From Geosiphon pyriformis uo1 (lineage: Eukaryota; Fungi; Glomeromycota): a stretch of DNA of 64,000 bases. Numbering within the stretch: position 1 is the stretch's first letter; every line of letters begins with the position of its first letter. A model generated the notes under the pieces. It searched no databases and was not told where the DNA came from. It saw nothing but the letters and a program-made list of their open reading frames with translations. The position numbers were made by a program, and so were the translations under genes. Shown here piece by piece: positions 34,523 to 48,610 of the stretch. The stretch spans positions 682,001 to 746,000 of the forward strand of contig JAAOMT010000468.1 in assembly GCA_016748015.1 (NCBI GenBank), written 5' to 3'.

Positions 34523-37500
34523 CTACGCATTCAGAATTCCTGTTACAGAAAAACCACTCAAGAAACCAAAGTCCAATTTTGTAAGGCACAGGTGCAACCC
34601 GAAGCACATGTAAACACTCAACCTGAAACCAAAATCTTGGATTGACCCAGCAGACCACAAAAAAGACAGACCAAACACTGAAAAAAAAGAGGAGCTGTCT
34701 CATGGCAAAAGGTTATGCTTTTCATAATAAAATCTCAACTTAGCCACTGGTATCCAAATGGCTGACCTGTGACTCTTAGCAAAACGATGAATAAAATTGA
34801 CAACCAATGTACCCCCACCAAAACCAGCACCCAAACGGCTTACCATATCAGCCACCCAGCCTTTCAACACAAAACCTTTAGCCAGCACTGTGAATAGATT
34901 GATAAAAGACTCAGCCTTATACAATGAATTAGCAATCGCATTTTTATCGGCAGAAATTCCCAGCGCCACATTCCACTCCATAGAAGCATCAGACAACAAA
35001 GTTTCTCAAACATTGACATCATAAGCACAGGAAAACACGTGATCAGAGTTCTCCACCAACTCACACCAAATGCAGGCAATACTTGGATATCTCAGATTGT
35101 ATAATTTTTTCCTTTTGGCCACTGGTAAATGGTGGTAGAGCACCTTCATAAAATATGACCGAAGTGTCGCTGATGCATTACTGGTGTAGCCAGATTTGAT
35201 CTTGCCATCAGGATGCCAAACACAAAAGATTTTGGCCTTATCAAAATGGTTACAGAGACCTGCACTAACAAAGCTACCAACATATTTGGCTTTCCAACCA
35301 ACAGAGTGAACAGCATTAAACAATTTTTTGGCAATGTAATGAGCATTTCTGGAGACATGCCTGTTTTCAACCCTGAGAAAGCGATAAGGAACCACAAGAG
35401 GCAGAAAGAACTTAGAAGCAACAGCAGCATTAGCATAAAAATTGGCATGTTTGTTTTCAACAACACCAAAATGACTCTTGACTTTGTTCCAAGTAACTAA
35501 CAAGTCTTTTCTAGAGATGACACAGCAAATATGTTGCTTTTTGATTCAGCATTTGTCATAAAAATCAAAACTAAACACACCACTGCCAGATTTGCACAAG
35601 TCCAGCAAAGCCTGGCTGTTAGTAAACAAATTAACAGACCAAGAAGTGGGCACACACTCTAAAGCAAGTGCAATAGCTTGCAGCTCCACCAGAGTTAAGG
35701 ACAACAACCCATCCACCTTAATCTCAATGTTAATGTTTGCATCTAGAAAGTAGGTGGCAGCACCACCACAAACACCTGACGAACCCAAACCTTTGACAGA
35801 ACTGTCTGTATAGACAGTCACAGAACTCAAATCAGAATTCAGCAAATATTCATTAACGTAACCGAAGTCACAAGAAGAGTCAGCGAGAGCTGAACAATGA
35901 GACAACACCACATGATTTGACAAACCGTCTCCTTTGATAAATTCAACCAAAAAGACAAACCAGACAGGAACTGGGCCTCTAGGATCCAGCTTCTTCCACC
36001 TGCGAAAAGTGTTCTACTCAAAACATGCATCTTGGCAATCCAAAAGCTGATGAACAAACACTATGCCATACCTCCTAAGAGATCTTGCCACACACAAATA
36101 AAACTCTAAACCGAGCACATCCAAAACTGCAATACTATTCTTGGCCCAAAAAACATCAGGCAGATTACCACCCAATGAGAAGTTGCACAACTTAAGAACA
36201 CATGTCGCACCAGCCAAAAAACAATTTGTGAGATCAATCAGCAAATTGATTAGAACTCTTAGAGAGTGCTGGGGCATCCAGCTAGTGGCCTGCAATTCCA
36301 TGGCCCTGTGCTCAAATAGTTTACCAAGGATTTTACTAGCATTCACGAATACAATCAAGCCAGCCAATATATTCTCAGCCTATATCTGTTCAAAAGTCTT
36401 TAAACCATATAATTCTGGATGATACAAAGCCTCATTTGGAAAATCCTTGGGTAGATTGGCCTTGAGCTTTAACTTCTTTCTCAATATTTTGTTCCACTTT
36501 TCACAAACACTCTTAGAGATACAACTAAACTGTAATCTGTAACTAATTATGGGCTGCAGAACAGCAGAGACCAAATACAAAAATTGCTTCTCAGTAATAG
36601 TCTTTCTTAATACTACATTTGAAAAGAACCTGATATCTGAATAAACTTTGGCCAAACTTGGCTTAGATAGGCCATCTATAGAAAAAAAAATCCCTAAGTA
36701 TTAGTAAGACATACTCTTCTTGGCAATAGAAATCTTAGAGCCATTGATTGACAAAGAAATCTTCTTGGCCCCTTGATTAATAGGAATGGCAACTGTCTTG
36801 TCTGTGTTGATAACAATATCATTAATTAAAAAAAATTCACTCGCAATGTTCAAAATGCATTGTGTGGCCACCAAACAATTCCCAACCCAAATAGTGTCAT
36901 CCACAAAGGCACCAGCTGCAAAAAAGGAGGTTTTGCCACCCTTAGGGTTAGCTTTACTTGTTCTGGTAAAAAATTTAGAATTCAATCTATAGCCACACAA
37001 TTGTTCATGTCTTTTGACCTCACAAAGCAGAGAGTCATAAAAGATTCTTCACAACAATAGTAAAAAAACTTCCCCTTGATCTAACCCATCATGAACAGCA
37101 TATTCATTAGTTAAACCAAAGTCTGTCATTACCCAATTGGTCTGATTATTGTGTATATATCCAAAAAGTTCAATAAAACAGGTGCACATTTTGATTCTAG
37201 TTAAATTATTCTGCAGATAGGGCCACCCAACTAAGTCATAAGCTTTCCACATATCTTAAAGCACCAGCCACAGCTCTCTGTTCTTCTCAAGTATATCTTC
37301 AATGATAGAACCAATAGTAAAGATAAGAGTTTGAATAGATGTACCCTTTAAAACTGAAAAATTGTCCTCATGAAAGACATCAGAAACACTACAAGCCAGA
37401 GATATTCTGTCAGACAAAACCTTAAACAGTATCTTTCTGGCTGTCTTAATCAAAGCTATTGGCCTGGTATTGGTAAGTGTCCCTTCCCAATCATAGGGCT

Positions 37501-40500
37501 TTGGTATCATAGAAACCCAGGCTTGCCTCCACTCTGAAGGAACTGCCCTTAACTTTAAGCACACATTAAGAATATCGAGCAGACCACCCAGAATCTGAGC
37601 ATCTCTATGCTTCCAAAGCTCATTAGAAACACCAGACATGCCAGCAGCTTTTCCATCAGGCAGTTCTTTGACCACTAAGAAAAACTCATCCAATTTAATC
37701 ATATTCATGACCTTTGAGAATGCATCATCACTGACATGGTCCAAGGGGGCATATTGATTAGACTAACAAACAGGCAAAGAGATGGGAGCAACCCATTTTT
37801 TCGTCCATCCCTCCATAATATTATCAATAGCAGATTTAACCTCCTTGGGCTCCAAAATTAACTCATCATTCAATATTAGATGGTCCAGCACAACTTTTTT
37901 GAATGGCTGATCTAAAACACTCTTGATCATAAGTTCCTTATTGGAACTAAAGTTTTCTATTTGTTTGTCTATTGCTCTTCTGATTAAAATATTTCTGGCC
38001 ATCCTAAACTCATAGTATTTAGACTTTTGGTACAATTTTTTGACCCTTGATAGGTATTAAAGAATGCTCACCCTATTCTCATTATCATTAAACATTGTGC
38101 ATGCTTTGGAGGCCCCCTTACTATCAAGATTAGACCACACCTTAAAGAGACGAACAGCATCCAATTCCTGATCCAAGCTCAAACATTTTACCAACTTGGC
38201 CACCAACAATTCCAACTTGAAAAACTTTAAAGACAGCTTATTTTTTAAACAATCAAACTCACTAAACCAATGTTTAGAAAACACCTTATCTGCTGAGTAA
38301 AAAACCACATCCTTAAGAATTCTCTATATGGCATCCAAATCTCCATTAACTTTTGCATCATTGAATGAAACCATGTTTTCCAAGAACTTGTCTAAAGAAC
38401 ATTCCCTAAAGTGTAACCACTTATTAGCATCTGCATCTTTGATCTTGAATTTCTACTTATCTTTATTGGCCTGTTTACACTCACTATTGAGATGGGAATC
38501 CAAGAAACCACCCAAACCAATAGAAACCAAAACAGCATTATGATCAGTGTCAAAGAAATTAGAAACAAAAGTGACTTCATGACCAGCCAAAGCAGATGAC
38601 AAACTTTTGCTTACAAAAATGTAGTTGATAACCTTCATGACACCCCAGGAATTGCCCCAAGTGGAAGCTTTGGCCAGAGAATGTCCACTAAAGGAGTTGA
38701 TCAACCCCAAATCTGAGCAAAACTTAAGACTAGCACTCTTTCTAGATTCATCCTCATTGAAGTTACCACCCAGAACCATAAATGTGGAAGAATTAGCAGT
38801 TTTGGCAATAAGAGAGTTAATTTCACAAGCTTGGCCAAATCTAATCTCGGCAGAAGCACCTGCATACAGGCCCAAAATCACAACTGACAACTTGCCCTTA
38901 AAAAGGAGCTAAATGAAGAAAAGATGACCAGGTATCTCTTCGACCTTAGAAAAATGATAAGCAAGAGAATTGTTCACAATAATCATCACTCCAGCACCAA
39001 GAAATTCATTGTCCAAACCAGAAGAGAATATTTTCACTCCATCAAACTTGTTCATAATCCAAGGCCTAACATTAGACCTCAACTTCATTTCCATAACAAT
39101 AGACATATTTCCAGAATCAATGTGCCAACATACAACATCTTTCTGCTTGGCAGAGACATTGATACCACAAGCATTGCATGTTGTAATTTTCTAAACCAGC
39201 TCCATTATTGAGAAGAATGAACATTGAGAACCAAACCAGCATTGTCAATTTTGGCNNNNNNNNNNNNNNNNNNNNACTTGTTCTGGTAAAAAATTTAGAA
39301 TTCAATCTATAGCCACACAATTGTTCATGTCTTTTGACCTCACAAAGCAGAGAGTCATAAAAGATTCTTCACAACAATAGTAAAAAAACTTCCCCTTGAT
39401 CTAACCCATCATGAACAGCATATTCATTAGTTAAACCAAAGTCTGTCATTACCCAATTGGTCTGATTATTGTGTATATATCCAAAAAGTTCAATAAAACA
39501 GGTGCACATTTTGATTCTAGTTAAATTATTCTGCAGATAGGGCCACCCAACTAAGTCATAAGCTTTCCACATATCTTAAAGCACCAGCCACAGCTCTCTG
39601 TTCTTCTCAAGTATATCTTCAATGATAGAACCAATAGTAAAGATAAGAGTTTGAATAGATGTACCCTTTAAAACTGAAAAATTGTCCTCATGAAAGACAT
39701 CAGAAACACTACAAGCCAGAGATATTCTGTCAGACAAAACCTTAAACAGTATCTTTCTGGCTGTCTTAATCAAAGCTATTGGCCTGGTATTGGTAAGTGT
39801 CCCTTCCCAATCATAGGGCTTTGGTATCATAGAAACCCAGGCTTGCCTCCACTCTGAAGGAACTGCCCTTAACTTTAAGCACACATTAAGAATATCGAGC
39901 AGACCACCCAGAATCTGAGCATCTCTATGCTTCCAAAGCTCATTAGAAACACCAGACATGCCAGCAGCTTTTCCATCAGGCAGTTCTTTGACCACTAAGA
40001 AAAACTCATCCAATTTAATCATATTCATGACCTTTGAGAATGCATCATCACTGACATGGTCCAAGGGGGCATATTGATTAGACTAACAAACAGGCAAAGA
40101 GATGGGAGCAACCCATTTTTTCGTCCATCCCTCCATAATATTATCAATAGCAGATTTAACCTCCTTGGGCTCCAAAATTAACTCATCATTCAATATTAGA
40201 TGGTCCAGCACAACTTTTTTGAATGGCTGATCTAAAACACTCTTGATCATAAGTTCCTTATTGGAACTAAAGTTTTCTATTTGTTTGTCTATTGCTCTTC
40301 TGATTAAAATATTTCTGGCCATCCTAAACTCATAGTATTTAGACTTTTGGTACAATTTTTTGACCCTTGATAGGTATTAAAGAATGCTCACCCTATTCTC
40401 ATTATCATTAAACATTGTGCATGCTTTGGAGGCCCCCTTACTATCAAGATTAGACCACACCTTAAAGAGACGAACAGCATCCAATTCCTGATCCAAGCTC

Positions 40501-41525
40501 AAACATTTTACCAACTTGGCCACCAACAATTCCAACTTGAAAAACTTTAAAGACAGCTTATTTTTTAAACAATCAAACTCACTAAACCAATGTTTAGAAA
40601 ACACCTTATCTGCTGAGTAAAAAACCACATCCTTAAGAATTCTCTATATGGCATCCAAATCTCCATTAACTTTTGCATCATTGAATGAAACCATGTTTTC
40701 CAAGAACTTGTCTAAAGAACATTCCCTAAAGTGTAACCACTTATTAGCATCTGCATCTTTGATCTTGAATTTCTACTTATCTTTATTGGCCTGTTTACAC
40801 TCACTATTGAGATGGGAATCCAAGAAACCACCCAAACCAATAGAAACCAAAACAGCATTATGATCAGTGTCAAAGAAATTAGAAACAAAAGTGACTTCAT
40901 GACCAGCCAAAGCAGATGACAAACTTTTGCTTACAAAAATGTAGTTGATAACCTTCATGACACCCCAGGAATTGCCCCAAGTGGAAGCTTTGGCCAGAGA
41001 ATGTCCACTAAAGGAGTTGATCAACCCCAAATCTGAGCAAAACTTAAGACTAGCACTCTTTCTAGATTCATCCTCATTGAAGTTACCACCCAGAACCATA
41101 AATGTGGAAGAATTAGCAGTTTTGGCAATAAGAGAGTTAATTTCACAAGCTTGGCCAAATCTAATCTCGGCAGAAGCACCTGCATACAGGCCCAAAATCA
41201 CAACTGACAACTTGCCCTTAAAAAGGAGCTAAATGAAGAAAAGATGACCAGGTATCTCTTCGACCTTAGAAAAATGATAAGCAAGAGAATTGTTCACAAT
41301 AATCATCACTCCAGCACCAAGAAATTCATTGTCCAAACCAGAAGAGAATATTTTCACTCCATCAAACTTGTTCATAATCCAAGGCCTAACATTAGACCTC
41401 AACTTCATTTCCATAACAATAGACATATTTCCAGAATCAATGTGCCAACATACAACATCTTTCTGCTTGGCAGAGACAATGATACCACAAGCATTGCATG
41501 TTGTAATTTTCTAAACCAGCTCCAT
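34523..41525 (-). pseudogene. LINE B ORF2 (APE, RT, RNase H, Zn finger)
   Basis: GGNFN, TDHNA, TRPIALI, KAYD, GLDQGE, AFVDDT, YTDSS, CIWC...E..DHVFSC. Confidence 0.93.
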
Positions 41526-41575
41526 TATTGAGAAGAATGAACATTGAGAACCAAACCAGCATTGTCAATTTTGGC
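39276..41575. repeat. 2300-bp duplicate of 36956-39255 across a 20-N gap (likely assembly artefact)
   Basis: The ORF track repeats at offset 2320; only one visible substitution (39159 vs 41479). Confidence 0.9.
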
Positions 41576-43314
41576 CAAGAGGCCCATAACTGTGACTGAA
41601 AGATTGTGCAGAGTTTCCTCCATTTTAGAGACAACTGAAAGATCAAAAACCACCACTTCCACAATAGTCTCACCACTAGTGGCTATATCTGAACCCTTAC
41701 TCATCACTATATTCACCTCTTGATTCTGTGATAAAGGGGTTACTAATGGCTGACATCCAGGGCTAGGCTAAGAAACTGTTGGTCCAGGTGAGTTCAACCT
41801 CTTAGCCAACTTGTCCACATGTTCTACAAAGCTGATAAGACTATGCTCAAGAGTGGCAAACCTATTATTTAATTTCACAGACACCAATGGAGTAGGTTTT
41901 ATCTCTGAAGAGGAACCAGAAGAAGCTGATTTATCATGTACAAGAAGAGAAGGAAAAAAAGACCCACCAACAATATTGGCCCATGAAATGCTACTAAAAG
42001 ACACAGGATGGGAGATTGGAGCAGAGCGCCTTGCATAAATAGAAGCCAGTCTGCTTTTATCATCCTCAGACAATATCCTGCAAGCTAGTCCACCAGAGGA
42101 AGTTTTCCCACCCACAGAACAATTCAGAGATGTATGACCCAAATTTCCACACTTAGCACACTTAGCAGAACTCAAGTGAGCCCAACACAGATTGGCACCC
42201 TTCAAGACAGGTGTGGTTTCCATAACTGCATTAATCAAAGCAGCAGAGTCAAAACAGACAATAACACACCTGGTCTGAGCATATGTAATAGGGTGTTGAT
42301 CGATGACATATGTTTTCCTACTTACAGAACCAATGAAGTCCCAGATATTATGTGCATTAGTGCCCATTGGCAGTGTGTAGAGCAAAGCCCTATGCTGATT
42401 TCTTGTGTTACATAATTCCTTGTCCAAATTAGCCTTAGCCACTCTCATAGCATTTTTCCCAATCAAGATGAACCATCTAGCTGCAACCAAATCAGCCTGA
42501 TCTAATTGGGCAAATTCAATCACTGCCTTTTGCCATAGCTCTACTAATTGCATTTTGATCGACACAACAGAACCAAATTCAGAAAGTGCAGCACACATAG
42601 TCTTAACTAATGTTCCAACCAGAATTTTTTTCACCACCACAGCCCGATCTGAACAACCAGTTGGTTTCTTGAGATCAGTGTTAACCAAGATTTTCGCATC
42701 CCCAGCCTTTTTTGAAGCCTGCACCAAGCTCAATTCAGAAGTGAACATTGCTCTGATGATCTCAGCAAATTTTGAAGGGGTAGAGGCCCCCCAAAACCAT
42801 TGATCCCTGAAAATAATTTCCTGACTGCAGAAAGTTTTTCTTGAGAGGATTTTTCAGTCACTTTTTCCAACCCAATATCCAGAGCAAATGACTTTCGAAC
42901 AGAGACATTAACCAGATTTTTCAAAGGAAGAGGAAGTTCCAAATGACCATCTAACAGAACATTATTATCATCATTGCCCAGAAAATTAATTTTGCCCAGA
43001 GATTTACCCAATGCTTGCTTAGTAACTACTTTAGGCCCTTTAGGTGTTTGGTCAACATCTTTTCCTTCCAAAAGATCACTTTTGCCATAATCTACACTAG
43101 TCTTTTCGATCAAAAACTTCTCTTCCATGTCCACACTGTCAGATTTAGTGGTATCCCCAGTCTCAGACCTCCAAAAACTACCAACTGCTTTATTAGACAT
43201 AACCATTTTTTGAGCAGCACTGTTCTTTAGAACACCATCTTTTCTTTTTTTCTTAGAAACAATGTCCTTACTAACAATATTAGCACTAAAGCCTTTGACA
43301 GACTTCTTCATCAC
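41525..43314 (-). pseudogene. LINE B ORF1 (RRM-like segments, CCHC knuckle, coiled-coil-like C-terminus)
   Basis: AVVVKKILVGT...LSEFGSVVSIKMQ...KAVIEF; LLYTLP; CAKCGNLGHTSLNC; one frameshift near 42790 and one stop at 41768. Confidence 0.88.
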
Positions 43315-43450
43315 AGCAACACTGGGACCAACAATGATCTCATAATTAAGTAGAAATGGTTTGGATTTATTGTACTGAATTGTAAAAAAACTTCTTTTTC
43401 AAAAAACTTATGACTCTTTTTCAGGAATTTGGAATGAAGGAGAAAAAGAA

Positions 43451-43631
43451 GTTTTTTTTTATTAAAAGTTTTAAACATTATATTATTAATAATTAAAATC
43501 TAAATTAAGGATTTTTTAATAAAAACACTAATATAAAATCTTAATAATAAAATTATTAACTTTTTTTTAAACTAAAATCTAATTAAAATCAACTTATTAT
43601 AATTTTAAAAATCTTATATATATGTTTAATT

Positions 43632-43662
<31 letters not shown>

Positions 43663-45149
43663 AAATTATATTAAAACCAAAATTTATTATATTTGTTTAA
43701 AATAAAAAACTTTTTTTTAAAAAACTTGTTTTTTAATCAAAAATATAATATATTTTTAACTTAGTTTTTATTAATATTAAAATAAAATCATCACACTTTT
43801 TATGTTATTAAAAATATTTTTTTGTTTATTGTTTATATTTTAAATATTATATATTAATTTTTTATATTAAACTATTTATTAAAATTTTTTTAAATAATTT
43901 TAAATAAGAACTTTAAAAAACTTTTTTGTTTTTTTTATAATAATTAATTTTGAATTTAACTAATACTTTATTTTTAAAAAAATTTAAAGTCATTTTTACA
44001 TTTAAAATTAAAAAAACTGATAAAAAAAATCAACAAAAAAACCAAATATTCATTATTCTTCTAAATATTAAAAAGTGTTAAGCACTCAATAAATTTAATT
44101 AATTAATTTATTAAGAGCTAAAAATTTTGTTTAAGTTTGTTATTACTTATATAAAAAATAAAAAAAATTATTATAATTAAATAATAATATATATTAACCA
44201 ATTAAATATTAATATTAAAAAAATAACATAATATTAAAAATACTAGAAAAAATATTAAAATTATTTATAGAAGAAAAAATAATTAATAGTTAATATATAA
44301 CTAATTATATATTAAAAATAATAAGATAATATAATATTAAAAAATTCAAAAATACTAAAAGTGTCAAAAATTTCAAAAATATTAATATTATATTATAAAA
44401 ATTATGAGTTTATATATTTTTATTGAACATTAATAATTTTAGTTAATAATATATATGTTATATATTATTATTATCTTAATTATAATATAAATATAGTTGT
44501 ATAAATTTATTTTACAATACATAAAAAGAAAAAGAAATACAGATTTATAAAAAAGTTTACAAAATAAAAGAATTATAAAATTATTATTATTTATTTTAAA
44601 GCAAAAACTAACTTAAATATATTTTTTAAAAAATAATAATTATATTTACTAAAAACACAAAAAACAAATCAAATTATTAAAAAGAATTAAAACTATTGTA
44701 TAAAAATTGAACCAGAATTTTTTTAATTAGCTATTGAAAAAATACAATTTTTAAATGCTTAATTTAGAAAAAATAAAATAAAAAAACCATTAAAAAATTA
44801 TAAAAATAATAAATATAAATAAAAAATATTTTCTAAATATTAAATAAAATTATAATAATAATAATTTTTTTATATTGTAATAAAAAATAATAGAATTAAA
44901 ATTAATTGTTTATAATAAAATAAGTATATATATAAAAATAAAAATAAAATTTAAGACAAAAAAAAAATATATAAAGAAAATAAATTTAATATTTATAATA
45001 AAACTATAATAAAAAATTAATATTTTTTTAGTTTACAAAAAAACTATATATATATAAATTATATAAGAATTATATATTATATTAATATTATTTTAATTAT
45101 ATTAATTATTTATATATATTATTTAAGTTTGTAAATAATTTCAAATAAA
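43451..45149. other. ~1.7-kb near-pure A/T spacer between the divergent 5' ends of LINEs B and C
   Basis: No ORFs, G/C very rare, (TAT)n and (TA)n patches. Confidence 0.85.
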
Positions 45150-45274
45150 AGTGGCTTTTTTTTGACCACAATAAGAGCAATAATATATTCTTTAAAAACA
45201 CCACTTTGCTTTTCTTTTCTTCTTTTTTCCTTTTGTTTACCTAAATTATTTCTTCTGAATTACCTCTCTTTTTC

Positions 45275-47242
45275 GTGATGAGTTCAGCAAGCTTGTCTGC
45301 TGGTGGTTCTGGTTCAGTTTTGGTTGGGTTAGGATCCTGGTCTAGTAATAGTGGTAAGAAAAAAGTATGTATTGAGAGTGTATACTCTCACAATCTTTTA
45401 TCCAAAAAAACAAAGAAACCTGGAGCTTCTGGTGTCATGGTTGACTCATCAACTGGACCTCTGTCTGCTGATATGTTACAGGCCAATGGTGATGAACATG
45501 CTAAATTTTGGGACAGTAAAATAAACAGCAAAGATAACAGTGTAAGTAAAGTGTCAAACATAGAGAACATAAAGAACACAATTACCAAAGAAACAAGCTA
45601 CATTAATTCCAACACTTCTGAGACAGACAACATAATGGATGACACTACTCTGAGAATGACATGTATTAGAACTTATGTCTTGGAGAAACTGCTGAAGAGG
45701 CCTACTTTCAATGTCATGATTAATGATGGTGCTGAATTGGTGCTCCTGGTGCCTAAATTTGTTGGTTCTAAAAAGTTGCTATTAGTTGATTCGCATGTTG
45801 GAAATGTCTGGAATTTTGATTCAAAAAAATCTTTTGCATTGGATGTTGAACTCTTTGCAGTGCCTGGCAAAACCTCTGATAATAAGTTATTGTGTTTTAA
45901 GAAAATTTTTTATCAAATAGATGGTTTTGAGGAAGCTTCCACTCCTTCAAAGTTTTCTGGAATTATCAAATCATCTTTCACTTTAAAATCTAGTTTAAAA
46001 AAGACAAGAAATCTGGCTGTTAGTAAGAAAATTTTGGTCAATGATGTGGTAAGAAAAATAAACAACCATTCAGATCAGAAAATAATAGTCAAGGAAATTC
46101 CAGTAGATTTTTTCAAATTGGCAGTTGTTTCAGTTTTTTCTAAATTTGGCAAGATTGTATCAGTAAGAATGCAATTAATTGGTCTCTGGCAAAAAGCCTG
46201 GGTGGAGTTTAAGTCATCAGAAGTGGTTAGTACAGTTGCTGCCAAATGGTCAGTTTTTATGAGAAAAAATTCAATAAGAATAGCACTGGTTGTTGGTAAT
46301 AAACAAACATAGATATCAAAGGATCATTATAGGGCTTTGCTTTATATCTTGCCAATTAGTACTATTGCACATGATTTATTTGAACTGTTAGCTTTTTATG
46401 GTGGGAGGACATGTTTCATTGGCTGCAATCCAGTTTTATATGCTTGTAACAAATGTGTAGTAATTTGTTTTAATAGTGAGGAATTGAGAAATGATGCTGT
46501 TAGTTCTTTGCTGGTTTTTAGGAATGTGAATTTGAGATGAGCTGGTCTTTTTCTGGCTTGTTGTGCTAAATGTGACCAATTTAGCTATGTTTCTGATAAT
46601 TGTTTTGTGGATGAGAATTCTAGTGCTTGTGAAAAATGGGTGGTAACCTCTCAAGATCAAGTCTGCTTAGCCAGTATATATAAGAAAAAACAGACACTTA
46701 TTGCTCATCCAGTTTTTTTTGGTGGTAAAACTTGGGTGCAGGTTGTCAACAGTTCTTTTTCTCACATTGTTTCTTTACCTTTGTTAAATGTGGAAGCAGT
46801 ATTGGGTGTAGAAACTCTTCACACAACTTCTGTCTCTTTTGATGTTTCTGGTTTTAATGATTGTTTGGCTTCTTTGGAGTGCTCTTTGGAGCTTATGGTA
46901 GACCAGGTTTTTGACATCTTGAAGAAGCTAAGTTTTGTTGATTTGGTGCCTCTACTTTCTGTTTCTTATGTGTTTCCTTCAATTGCTTCTGCTTCTTTAG
47001 CATTGGATTTGGTCTCAAATATGGCTTTAGATGGTGTATTGGTGCTGCTCACCTCTCCTCTTCCTAATGTTAATGTTATGTTCTCTGATTTCAGCCCCAG
47101 CAGTTCAAAAGTCTTGACCACCAAAGTGTGTAAACTGGAGTTGAAAATAGTGGCTTTGGAAGTGTTAATCCATTTGGTGCTGGCTAGGTTGAATCCTTTG
47201 GGCTCTGGTTTGGGTTTTCTGTCCTTTTCTTTTTCCCAATAA
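45275..47242 (+). pseudogene. LINE C ORF1
   Basis: IIVKEIPVD...FSKFGKIVSVRMQLIGLWQKAWVEF (RRM-like), decayed CAKC knuckle, ends SQ*; in-frame nonsense codons. Confidence 0.88.
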
Positions 47243-47696
47243 GTGGTATGGTTTGGAAATTTACTATATACAACGTTAGAGGTATTAATGTATCTGCTAA
47301 GCAAGAGAATGTTGTTTGGTGGCACTTGAGCTTGGACAATATGGTGTCTTTTATTATGGAGACTAAGTTACATTCTAGTGTTAAACTTTGGATTGTCAAT
47401 AAGTTTGATGGTATATGGATATTTATGTCTGGTATAGAAAAAAGTTATCTTGATGCTGGTATGGCTGTCATTATAAACAATTTCTTGGCTTGTCATGTTT
47501 CTAAGGTGGAAGAGATTTCAGAAAGGGTTATTTCAATATGACTTCTGTTTAAAGACAAGCTTTCAGTTACTGTTTTGAGTTTGTATGCTGGCACTTTGGC
47601 TGGGGTTAGGTTTAATCAGACTTTGGAGATGAACTCTCTTATTGCTAAGGCTGTTAACTCTAGCACTTTCATAGTATTGGGTGGAGATTTTAATGA
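47239..47696 (+). pseudogene. LINE C ORF2 part 1 (AP endonuclease)
   Basis: YNVRGIN, METKL, LYAG, GGDFN. Confidence 0.9.
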
Positions 47697-48547
47697 TATT
47701 ACTCATAGAAAAAGAAAACAGATATAGGAAAATAGGAGACCAATAGAAAAATAGTAATTAACATGTGAGCATATTGCTTAGCAATATGGAGCAATATCAG
47801 AAAGTATGGCACATTGCTCAGCAATGTGAAGCAATGTGAAGCGATGTCAAGAAAATACAGCACATTGCTTAGCAATGTGAGCATTGCTTGAAAAATTATA
47901 GCACATTACTTGAAAATGTGAGTGATTTCATAAACCCAAATTATGTATATATAGTGGTAGCATTAGAAGTAGAAAAGACAGACCTCTCAGTTTAGATTTG
48001 ATTTAAGCAACCTTCCCTTCACAAATATCAATAAATAATTATTTACCATCTTAATTCACTCTCCACTATCAACACTTCATGTTGATAGTAAGTAATACTT
48101 AACCACATGAGAACAATAGCTCTTGATTACGGCTATTGACAGGATACTAATATGTAATTGCTTTCATTTATTTCTTTATTTTTTCTTTTATTTTTTTTGT
48201 TTTGTTATTTCATTGATTTTACTAAACTGATTAAAAAATTAAGTGCTGAGTTATTGATGTTAAGGATAGCCTGGTAAAAGACCCCAAAGGAAGGATATAA
48301 GAATTGAGAATTTAAGGATAGCTTACCAGAAAAGCATCTCTGTTAAGATTACCAGCCACCATGCTGAGAAAAAAAATTGATGGAATTGCAATTCTGAGAG
48401 GCTACAAAAAAGACAACACTTGAATTTCTGTCTATTATACAAAAGACTCCACAACAAAACCTTCAGATATTAACACCAAAATACCAACCCAGTACCAAGT
48501 TACAGATTTGTTATTTGACTTAAGACCCCAAATAATCATCTGTAACA
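47697..48547 (+). repeat. E4 5' LTR (851 bp; terminal TG mutated to TA; ~30 bp shorter in the U3 array)
   Basis: Direct repeat of 56967-57848. Confidence 0.95.
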
Positions 48548-48549
48548 TT

Positions 48550-48566
48550 TGGTGCTCCCTGTGAGG
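48550..48566 (+). other. E4 primer-binding site
   Basis: TGGTGCTCCCTGTGAGG, complementary to a tRNA end CCUCACAGGGAGCACCA. Confidence 0.85.
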
Positions 48567-48610
48567 TATAATCCTACAGAGAACCAGTACCAATTACACT
48601 CATCCCAAAA

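Larger units (their letters stand above)
34400..43450 (-). mobile_element. LINE B: apparently full-length non-LTR retrotransposon (contains a 2.3-kb assembly duplication); ends approximate
   Basis: ORF1 with RRM-like segments and CAKCGNLGHTSLNC; ORF2 APE-RT-RNaseH-Zn finger; conserved 3' UTR ending CACTTGTAAA followed by an A-rich tail. Confidence 0.93.

Noticed and set aside
36956-41575. 2.3-kb tandem duplication of LINE B endonuclease/RT
   Set aside because: The copies abut a 20-N gap and differ at about one base in a region where true repeats differ by several percent; unmerged contig overlap.
47697-47698. Non-canonical TA LTR terminus
   Set aside because: The 3' LTR starts TG; a single G>A mutation.
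47770-47920. CRISPR-like look of the spaced palindromes
   Set aside because: The spacers are themselves similar, the array lies inside LTR U3 and is duplicated with it, and there are no cas genes.
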